From assembly GCA_036770845.1 (NCBI GenBank), contig DAIPIK010000001.1:1-32773 (forward strand): DNA of 32,773 nt. Direction: 5' to 3'. The notes below the pieces were generated by a model. It was given only the letters and a program-made list of their open reading frames with translations. It was not told the origin of the DNA and made no database searches. Below are positions 25,527 through 32,773 of this stretch, piece by piece. Source of the stretch: Polynucleobacter sp. GTDB taxonomy: Bacteria; Pseudomonadota; Gammaproteobacteria; Burkholderiales; Burkholderiaceae. The translations under genes and the position numbers were made by a program. The number at the start of each line of letters is the position of its first letter. The stretch's first letter is position 1.

Positions 25527-26642
25527 TTAAATGCGCATTGGCATTACTACATACTTAAAGTCCTCGGACGCGGGCAATGTAATCACGGCGCTGCTGTTCG
25601 CGTCACCCAGGCTAATCTGAATGCGCTCCACTTTGACGTTTGCAAGGACATCAAGCAGATAGCTCACATTGAAGCCAATTTCAACTGAGTCGCCAGCGTA
25701 CTCCGTTTCAATATCCTCTTGAGCTTCTTCTTGTTCAGCATTGGTGGACTGAATCGTAATGCGATTGGGTGATAGTGAGAAGCGGACGCCTTTAAATTTA
25801 TCGGTTGTTAGAATGGCCGCCCTTTGTAGCGCTGCCTGAAGTGTTTCACGAGCAACAACCAGTGTGTTTTTATGACCTTTTGGAATCACCCGCTGGAAGT
25901 CAGGGAACTTGCCTTCGACCAGCTTGGAGATGAGCTCGACATCACCAAAATTGAATTTAATTTGATTGGCGGTCAAACTCACCTCTAACTCAGAATCAGT
26001 GTCGTCCAGCAGGTGCTGACACTCTAAAATAGTTTTGCGCGGAATAATAATTTCTTGATGGCCGCCACTACCAACAACTGGCTGTGCTAATTCAACCCGG
26101 CTATATGCCAGTCGATGGCCGTCTGTGGCAACCGCCACAACTTCTTTGCCATCAACAACAAGCAGCATGCCGTTGAGGTAGTAGCGAATGTCCTGTTGCG
26201 CCATTGCGAAATGCACTTGACTAATCAGCTGCTTAAATGCCTTTTGTGGCATTTTCCAGTTTGCCGTCATTTCACCCACAGACTGCATCACCGGGAACTC
26301 TGTAGCAGATAAGGTTTGAAGGGTGAAGCGACTTTTTCCGCTCTGTACCACCAACTTTGAATCTTTTAAATTTAACGATACCGGGCCCTCGGGTAACGCC
26401 CGCAGAATATCCAATAGTTTGCGTGCCGCAACCGTAGTTGTCATATCAGAATCACCGACACCAAAATTGGCGCTGGTCGCTATCTGAATTTCAATGTCGG
26501 TTGACACAAACGAAACGCGCTCACCTGTTTTTTTAAACAACAGATTGGCTAATATGGGAAGTGTGTGTCGACGCTCAACAATGCCGCTTACGATCTGAAG
26601 TGGTTTTAACAAACTATCGCGCGATGTATTTATAAGTTGCAT
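25527..26642 (-). CDS. dnaN: DNA polymerase III beta clamp
   Basis: TLPILAN, QDIRYYLNG, VATDGHRL, GFNVSY, VMPMRI. Confidence 0.99.
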   Translation of the reverse strand: MQLINTSRDSLLKPLQIVSGIVERRHTLPILANLLFKKTGERVSFVSTDIEIQIATSANFGVGDSDMTTTVAARKLLDILRALPEGPVSLNLKDSKLVVQSGKSRFTLQTLSATEFPVMQSVGEMTANWKMPQKAFKQLISQVHFAMAQQDIRYYLNGMLLVVDGKEVVAVATDGHRLAYSRVELAQPVVGSGGHQEIIIPRKTILECQHLLDDTDSELEVSLTANQIKFNFGDVELISKLVEGKFPDFQRVIPKGHKNTLVVARETLQAALQRAAILTTDKFKGVRFSLSPNRITIQSTNAEQEEAQEDIETEYAGDSVEIGFNVSYLLDVLANVKVERIQISLGDANSSAVITLPASEDFKYVVMPMRI

Positions 26643-26903
26643 TGCTTTTAAATCCTTGTATATATCTAACTAGTAATAGTAATAAGCCTCAAAAAAACAG
26701 TGGACAACCCATTAAAGGCTTACACAACAACTACTTATAACTAAAAAAACCTGTGAACAACTTCGGTATAAATGAAGGATAGATTTGGGACAACCTTTTC
26801 AACCACCTCTATTTTTGCATATCAACGCAGTTTTCCCCAATTTATACACATGAAATTTACCCGGTTACGCACATACTCATCCACACACTTATCCACAACC
26901 CAC
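26643..26903. other. oriC: Probable replication origin oriC (dnaA-dnaN intergenic)
   Basis: DnaA boxes TTATCCACA 26889-26897, TCATCCACA 26877-26885, TTACGCACA 26865-26873, TTATACACA 26842-26850; reverse TGTGAACAA 26752-26760, AGTGGACAA 26699-26707; TAG-TAA-TAG-TAA-TAA trios 26671-26685 beside an AT-rich tract. Confidence 0.8.
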
Positions 26904-28349
26904 TTATGCCTTTAGGGTTTGCTCAATCACATGAATTTCATGGTTTAGTTGGCTGTCGTGGGCGCGCTCTTCTGTAATTTTACGGACCGCATGCAAAACA
27001 GTGGTGTGGTCTCGCCCACCAAACAGTTCACCAATCTCCGGCAAGCTTTTTTGGGTCAACTCTTTTGCCATAAACATGGCGATTTGGCGGGGCCTGGCAA
27101 TGTTGGCCGGCCTGCGCTTAGAGTACATATCCGCCACTTTGATGTTGTAAAAATCAGCGACGGATTTTTGGATATTTTCAACCGAAATTTGGCGGTTTTG
27201 AATGGACAGCAGGTCTTTTAGGGCGGCGCGGGCAACATCAATTGTTACATCCCGCCCATGAAAACGAACGAAGGCCAAAATCTTCCGCAGCGCACCCTCA
27301 AGTTCGCGCACGTTAGAGCGAAGGTGCTTGGCCACAAAAAAAGCAACATCTTCTGACATGGGTATGCCCTCAGCCGCCGCTTTTTTCATCAAAATAGCTA
27401 CGCGCATTTCTAGCTCGGGCGGCTCGATTGCCACCGTGAGACCAGAATCAAAACGTGAAATTAGGCGATCATCGATTCCTGCCATCTCTTTTGGATAGGT
27501 GTCGCTGGTAATAATGACCTGTGCACGATTGCCCAAAAGGGCCTCAAACGCATAAAAGAACTCTTCTTGTGTGCGCGATTTGCCGCTAAAAAACTGAATG
27601 TCATCAATCAACAAAAGGTCAAGGGAGTGGTAATACCGCTTAAAACGATCAAACGCCTTCTGTTGGTATGCCCTTACAACGTCCGACACGTATTGCTCTG
27701 CATGGATGTAGCGAATGCGGGCGTTTGGCTTTTCTTTTAAAAGGTGATTGCCAATTGCATGAATTAGGTGGGTTTTGCCTAGGCCAACCCCCCCATACAA
27801 AAACATGGGATTGTAGGATGTGCCTGGGTTGTGTGCCACCTGAATGGAGGCGGCACGCGCCAGTTGATTTGCTTTACCCGTAACAAAAGTTTCAAAGGTC
27901 AGCATGGGGTTTAATTTGGAGTGATCCTCTAATTCAAAGGCCGATGACTCCCCTAAATCACCCTCCGGGGCGCTTTGCAAATAATCAGTTGGCGCCAGGT
28001 TTGCCCCTGGGGGCCGGGCTGTCGATTGCGCAACTACAGCGGTTGCCGAGGCTGCCGAGCCGCCATCATCCAGCACAAACATTAAAGTGAAGGGCTTACC
28101 AAAATAGTTTTGAGCAAGCTCCTGAAATCGATCAGAAAACGTTTTTTTCGTCCAATCCAACTTAAACCGGTTGGGAGCAGATATTGTAAGCAAACACTCA
28201 CTCTCATCTAAACCATTTAATTTAAGGGGCTGAATCCAGGTCTTAAATTGTTGTGGGGAAAGCTCGCGCAGTAAAGTGGCGGTAGCATGATCCCAAAAAC
28301 CCAGTGGGCTTAAGGAAGAGAGGGTGGCGTTGTTTTCTAGATTGCTCAT
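26904..28349 (-). CDS. dnaA: Chromosomal replication initiator DnaA
   Basis: [37 protein letters not shown]. Confidence 0.99.
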   Translation of the reverse strand: MSNLENNATLSSLSPLGFWDHATATLLRELSPQQFKTWIQPLKLNGLDESECLLTISAPNRFKLDWTKKTFSDRFQELAQNYFGKPFTLMFVLDDGGSAASATAVVAQSTARPPGANLAPTDYLQSAPEGDLGESSAFELEDHSKLNPMLTFETFVTGKANQLARAASIQVAHNPGTSYNPMFLYGGVGLGKTHLIHAIGNHLLKEKPNARIRYIHAEQYVSDVVRAYQQKAFDRFKRYYHSLDLLLIDDIQFFSGKSRTQEEFFYAFEALLGNRAQVIITSDTYPKEMAGIDDRLISRFDSGLTVAIEPPELEMRVAILMKKAAAEGIPMSEDVAFFVAKHLRSNVRELEGALRKILAFVRFHGRDVTIDVARAALKDLLSIQNRQISVENIQKSVADFYNIKVADMYSKRRPANIARPRQIAMFMAKELTQKSLPEIGELFGGRDHTTVLHAVRKITEERAHDSQLNHEIHVIEQTLKA

Positions 28350-28362
28350 TTTCGGAGGATTG

Positions 28363-28433
28363 ATTGTAGCGATTTTCTAAAGTTATCCACAAGCCATAAG
28401 TGGGTGGAAAACCTGTGGATAAGTTGTGGCCAA
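28363..28433. promoter_or_regulatory. dnaA promoter with autoregulatory DnaA boxes
   Basis: TACAAT (minus, 28368-28363); TTATCCACA 28383-28391 overlies the -35 position; TGTGGATAA 28414-28422; degenerate boxes at 28403-28411 and 28425-28433. Confidence 0.75.
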
Positions 28434-28518
28434 ATAATAAAAAACCTTATAAATCAAGCAAAAGAGAAAAAAATGAAAAATAAAATAAGGGAAAAGCCCA
28501 ATAAGAGCAGAACTTAGG

Positions 28519-28547
28519 TTGACCTTTTGGGCGCCACAAAGGAAAAT
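28519..28547 (+). promoter_or_regulatory. Putative rpmH promoter
   Basis: TTGACC, 17 nt spacer, GAAAAT; GAGG RBS before ATG 28571. Confidence 0.5.
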
Positions 28548-28570
28548 ACTTGGCTTTCCCGAGGTCAATC

Positions 28571-28705
28571 ATGAAAAGAACATATCAACCATCCGTAACC
28601 CGCCGTAAACGCACCCACGGATTCCGTGTCCGCATGAAAACACGTGGCGGACGTACCGTTTTAAACGCACGTCGCGCCAAGGGCCGTAAACGCCTGGCAG
28701 TGTAA
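28571..28705 (+). CDS. rpmH: 50S ribosomal protein L34 (not in ORF track; 44 aa)
   Basis: Translated by hand: [44 protein letters not shown]. Confidence 0.98.
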   Translation: MKRTYQPSVTRRKRTHGFRVRMKTRGGRTVLNARRAKGRKRLAV

Positions 28706-28715
28706 GCGCACCGGC

Positions 28716-29036
28716 TTGAATAGCGCACGCATATCCGAATTACTCAAAACAAATCCCAAAACATCAAAACACTGGGGTTTGTATTTAGGGTCTCGCAGTC
28801 AAGGCATGGATGGCGCCCTTGGAATTGCTGTTGCTAAAAAATTGGCCAAAAGAGCAGTTGATCGAAATAAATTAAAGCGCTTTATACGAGAAAGCACGCG
28901 CCAACCGCACAGTGCAATATTGGAGGCCCACGATATTGTCATCCGACTTAAAAAACCGATTGGCCAAACAACACGGGGACGGTTGCGCTCCCAGGAATTT
29001 GGCACACTTAAACAGCAACTAGTGGAACTTATTTAA
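28716..29036 (+). CDS. rnpA: Ribonuclease P protein component
   Basis: LGIAVAKK.AKRAVDRNKLKR..RE (RNR motif), DIVIR; located between rpmH and yidD. Confidence 0.9.
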   Translation: MNSARISELLKTNPKTSKHWGLYLGSRSQGMDGALGIAVAKKLAKRAVDRNKLKRFIRESTRQPHSAILEAHDIVIRLKKPIGQTTRGRLRSQEFGTLKQQLVELI

Positions 29037-29276
29037 GTGCAGATCATTAACCGCGCAGCAATCGCACTAATCCGGATTTACCAAATCGCACTGAGCCCAT
29101 TTTTTGGCACTCAATGCAAGTTTGAGCCGAGCTGTTCTCAGTACGCATGCGATTGTTTTAAAGCCCATGGCAGCGCCAAAAGCGCCGGACTGATCGTCTG
29201 GCGGCTATTGCGATGCAACCCTTGGGGTCATGGCGGCTATGACCCAGTAATTAACCCACGCAGGATAAAAGAATAA
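29037..29276 (+). CDS. yidD: Membrane protein insertion efficiency factor
   Basis: YQ..LSP, CKFEPSCSQY, RLLRCNPW..GGYDPV. Confidence 0.95.
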   Translation: MQIINRAAIALIRIYQIALSPFFGTQCKFEPSCSQYACDCFKAHGSAKSAGLIVWRLLRCNPWGHGGYDPVINPRRIKE

Positions 29277-29281
29277 ATTAC

Positions 29282-30949
29282 ATGGATACGAAAAGAACCA
29301 TCCTCTGGGCAGTTTTCTCAATCGCAGGACTGCTCCTTTACAACAACTGGTTGGCATACGAAGGCAAAACTCCGCTGTTCGGACCACAAAGCATGAGCAA
29401 GCAAGAGGCTGCGCCAGTGAGTGGAGATGAAAAGAAAAGTGACGTTCCAGTATCGACGGCCACCAGCACCAACACTGCACCAGTACTTGCACCCAAAGCA
29501 ATTCCAGCGAGCATGGCACAGCTGGCAAGCAAAGAACGCTTCACTTTACAAAACGATGTACTGGCAATTGAAGTTAGTGCAGACGGCGCAAACGTAATGA
29601 GCGCAACCTTATTAAAAGAGTTGGACGTCGATAAGAAGCCAATGCGACTGATGCAAGTAACGCCTGGCCACCAATATTTTGCGCGCTCCGGTTTGATTGC
29701 TGCAGGCACCGCTGAGTTGCCCAACCATACCAGTGAATTCAAGTTGCAAGCCAGCGGCAAAGATGGGTCAGGACGCCCGTTCTTAGTTGTTGCCAGTGAG
29801 CGCAATGGCGTAACGCTTGAAAAAACCTTCATCCTAAATCCTAACAGTTACGTCATTGATGTGATGCACCGCGTAAGCAAAAACAATGCGGCAATAGGCC
29901 CACTGGTTTTATATACCGAATTAGTGCGCGATGGTAGCAAGCTAGAAGAAAGCCAGTTCTACAGTACATTTACAGGCCCAGCGGTTTATACCGACAAAGA
30001 GAAGTTTAATAAGCTTGAATTTACCGACATTGAAAAAAATAAAATCACCATACCAAAGCAAGTTCCAGCTGGCGACCCAGCATGGGTGGCAATGGTTCAG
30101 CACTACTATGCAAGTGCATGGATACCCAGTGATAAATTAAACCGTGATATTTACGCGGGAAAAATCGATACCAACGTGTATCGTGTTGGCATACAAACCC
30201 CACTCGAAGATATTGCCGCCGGCAAAACAACCACCGAGACAGCGCGCTTGTTTGTGGGCCCGCAACAAGAAAGTACACTGGAAGCAATTGCACCGGGGCT
30301 GGAGTTGCTGAAGGATTACGGCTACTTAACAATCTTAGCGAAACCGATTTTCTGGACCCTAGAGCGTATTTATGAATATGTACACAATTGGGGCTGGTCC
30401 ATTGTCATATTGACCTTTTTGATTAAGCTTTTGTTTTACCCCCTTTCTGCCGCTAGCTATAAATCAATGGCACGCATGAAAGAGGTTCAGCCAAAAGTTA
30501 TGGCGATGCGCGAGGCCAACAAAGGCAACCCGCAAAAAATGAACCAAGAAATGATGGCCCTTTACAAGAAGGAAAAGATCAATCCGCTTGGAGGTTGTTT
30601 ACCAATGCTGATTCAGATACCGGTATTTATTTCCTTATATTGGGTTTTGTTGTCATCGGTTGAAATTCGCAATGCACCTTGGATTCTTTGGATTCATGAT
30701 TTGGCCGTGCCAGATCCCTACTACATTTTGCCGGTCATTATGGCGGTATCAATGTATGTCCAAACCAAGCTGAATCCAACGCCACCAGATCCAATACAGG
30801 CAAAAGTGATGCTTTATATGCCGATCATTTTTTCCATCATGTTCTTTTTCTTCCCAGCCGGATTGGTTTTGTATTGGGTAGTCAACAACATATTGTCGAT
30901 TGCGCAGCAATGGCAGATCAACAAAATGATTATTAAACGAGCAATGTAA
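29282..30949 (+). CDS. yidC: Membrane protein insertase
   Basis: DYG.L, NWGWSI, NPLGGCLP.LIQIPVF, DPYYILP, PAGLVLYW. Confidence 0.98.
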   Translation: MDTKRTILWAVFSIAGLLLYNNWLAYEGKTPLFGPQSMSKQEAAPVSGDEKKSDVPVSTATSTNTAPVLAPKAIPASMAQLASKERFTLQNDVLAIEVSADGANVMSATLLKELDVDKKPMRLMQVTPGHQYFARSGLIAAGTAELPNHTSEFKLQASGKDGSGRPFLVVASERNGVTLEKTFILNPNSYVIDVMHRVSKNNAAIGPLVLYTELVRDGSKLEESQFYSTFTGPAVYTDKEKFNKLEFTDIEKNKITIPKQVPAGDPAWVAMVQHYYASAWIPSDKLNRDIYAGKIDTNVYRVGIQTPLEDIAAGKTTTETARLFVGPQQESTLEAIAPGLELLKDYGYLTILAKPIFWTLERIYEYVHNWGWSIVILTFLIKLLFYPLSAASYKSMARMKEVQPKVMAMREANKGNPQKMNQEMMALYKKEKINPLGGCLPMLIQIPVFISLYWVLLSSVEIRNAPWILWIHDLAVPDPYYILPVIMAVSMYVQTKLNPTPPDPIQAKVMLYMPIIFSIMFFFFPAGLVLYWVVNNILSIAQQWQINKMIIKRAM

Positions 30950-30968
30950 TACTGTATTCAGCATCAAT

Positions 30969-32348
30969 ATGTTAGCAATGGGGCCTGCATCCAGAAAAAT
31001 CCCCATTATTGCTATCGCTACCGCGCCTGGCAAAGCCGGAGTGGGAATTATCCGCATCAGTGGCGAAGGCTTGCAAGAGCTTGCCTTTGCCATTACCAAT
31101 ACGCGACTACAGCCCCGCAAAGCCACTCTGGTTGAGTTGCGCAACCAAGACGACCGAATCATAGATTCGTCCCTCGCAATTTACTTTTCGGCGCCCCACT
31201 CATTTACGGGCGAAGATGTTTTAGAGCTCCAGTGCCACGGCGGCCCACAGCTTCTGGATTTAGTTGTGCAGCGCTGCCTGCAACTGGGCCATCAAATGGG
31301 GCTGGCCATAGCTGAGCCAGGCGAATTCTCGCTGCGCGCTTTTTTAAATGAAAAAATTGATTTAGCCCAAGCGGAAGCCATTGCCGATTTAATCGATGCG
31401 CAATCGCACGCTGCTGTCATGGGCGCAGCGCGCTCACTGCAGGGCGCATTCTCAGATGACATTCATCGTTTGGTTCAGGCTTTAACGCAGTTACGTATTT
31501 TGGTCGAGTCCACCCTCGATTTCCCTGAAGAAGAAATTGAGTTTTTAGAAAACGCCCATGCGCGCCAACAGCTTACTGAAATTCAGGAACAGCTTCAGCA
31601 TTTGCTGGGTAGCGCCAAGCAGGGACAGATACTGCGTGACGGCGTACAGTTGGTCTTGGTGGGCGCCCCGAATGTGGGTAAAAGCTCTTTGTTAAATTGC
31701 CTGGCCGGCGAAGCGATTGCGATTGTTACAGCCGTAGCTGGAACAACGCGGGATAGGGTAAAGCAAAGCATCACACTCGACGGGGTGCCAATACACATTA
31801 TTGATACTGCTGGCCTGAGGAAGACGAGTGATGAGGTGGAGGCAATTGGGATTGAGCGCACCTGGGCATCGATTCGCACCGCTGATTTACTTCTGTACAT
31901 TGAAGCCCCGGATGCGCAAACAGCCGACGAGGCACTTTATACCGAAGTGGTGGCAGCACTGCCTGCTGCCTGCACGTTTTTACGATTGGTTAATAAAGCA
32001 GACTTGCTTGGTACACATAATAGGACCACAGAGCCAGAGACGCTTTTTATCTCTGCCAAAACCGGCGCTGGTATTCCAGAGTTAAAAAAAGCCATCTTGA
32101 CTCGCGTCGGTTGGCGAGCCGGACAAGAGGATGTGCTCATTTCCCGCCAGCGCCACATCGATTGTTTGATGCACGCCGAAGCAGCATTAAACAGGGCCGG
32201 CCTCTATTCCTTAGAAGGAAATCGCGCATTAGAGCTGTTTGCAGAAGAGCTTCGATTGGCACAAGAGCATCTTGGCCAAATCACCGGCCGCCTATTGCCA
32301 GACGATTTGCTGGGAAAAATTTTTAGCCAATTTTGCATCGGAAAATAA
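30969..32348 (+). CDS. mnmE: tRNA modification GTPase (TrmE)
   Basis: IAIATAPG, SFTGED, GAPNVGKSS, GTTRD, DTAG, NKAD, FCIGK. Confidence 0.98.
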   Translation: MLAMGPASRKIPIIAIATAPGKAGVGIIRISGEGLQELAFAITNTRLQPRKATLVELRNQDDRIIDSSLAIYFSAPHSFTGEDVLELQCHGGPQLLDLVVQRCLQLGHQMGLAIAEPGEFSLRAFLNEKIDLAQAEAIADLIDAQSHAAVMGAARSLQGAFSDDIHRLVQALTQLRILVESTLDFPEEEIEFLENAHARQQLTEIQEQLQHLLGSAKQGQILRDGVQLVLVGAPNVGKSSLLNCLAGEAIAIVTAVAGTTRDRVKQSITLDGVPIHIIDTAGLRKTSDEVEAIGIERTWASIRTADLLLYIEAPDAQTADEALYTEVVAALPAACTFLRLVNKADLLGTHNRTTEPETLFISAKTGAGIPELKKAILTRVGWRAGQEDVLISRQRHIDCLMHAEAALNRAGLYSLEGNRALELFAEELRLAQEHLGQITGRLLPDDLLGKIFSQFCIGK

Positions 32349-32493
32349 CAGCGGCATTGCCCATTATTGTTTCGGGATATAACTTCTACTGCTAGGAAAA
32401 ACAAGGGCTTGTAGCCCTTTAAACGATGAAAAGCACCCACAGGAAAATGCTAAAATCGACATATCCAGAATATAAAAAATGCGAGGGCTTTAC

Positions 32494-32773
32494 ATGAACC
32501 AACCATTAACGCACGCTGCTATTTCAGTTACCGCACCAGAGTATGTGAAAAACCAAAAGCTGATTCAATGGGTTGCCGAGGTTGCTGCGCTAACCAAGCC
32601 GGATCACATTCATTGGTGCGATGGCTCGCAAGACGAATATGACCGACTGTGCGACCTTATGGTGGCAGCTGGTTCATTCAAACGCCTCAATCCAGCGAAG
32701 CGGAAGAATTCCTTTCTGGCAATATCGGATCCTCAAGACGTCGCCCGCGTAGAAGACCGCACCTTTATTTGCT
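32494..32773 (+). CDS. pckG: Phosphoenolpyruvate carboxykinase (GTP), 5' part, truncated by window end
   Basis: Translated by hand: ...[27 protein letters not shown]...[16 protein letters not shown]; extended -10 TGcTAAAAT at 32448-32456. Confidence 0.93.
   Translation, partial: MNQPLTHAAISVTAPEYVKNQKLIQWVAEVAALTKPDHIHWCDGSQDEYDRLCDLMVAAGSFKRLNPAKRKNSFLAISDPQDVARVEDRTFIC

Noticed and set aside
28383..28568. 61-aa minus-strand ORF upstream of dnaA
   Set aside because: It spans promoters and DnaA boxes; its hydrophobicity comes from A tracts

Overview
Conserved chromosomal origin region of a betaproteobacterium (Burkholderiaceae). The 16S V1 region, compact intergenic spacers and gene order look like Polynucleobacter, which is recognition rather than a database hit. 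From left to right: 5' end of a 16S rRNA gene with its promoter (minus strand), a GNAT acetyltransferase, BON lipoprotein/gmhA-diaA/rsmI, cytochrome c5, tRNA-Arg(CCG), a fatty acid desaturase, a tiny CxxC-CxxC protein and an orphan gcvH. A ~22 kb minus-strand run follows (dnaA-dnaN-gyrB-SET-DUF3717-TSUP-mnmG-rsmG-parA-parB-atpIBEFHAGDC-hemE-priA), then rpmH-rnpA-yidD-yidC-mnmE and the start of a GTP-dependent PEP carboxykinase. No mobile element, CRISPR or defence island is visible. The most interesting signals are non-coding. The likely oriC lies between dnaA and dnaN (DnaA-box array plus DnaA-trios). A second, separate cluster of DnaA boxes plus a perfect IHF site lies between hemE and priA, with a datA-like layout. 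Two perfect parS sites are present, one covering the mnmG-parAB-atp promoter. A SET-domain methyltransferase/DUF3717 pair is tightly coupled to gyrB.
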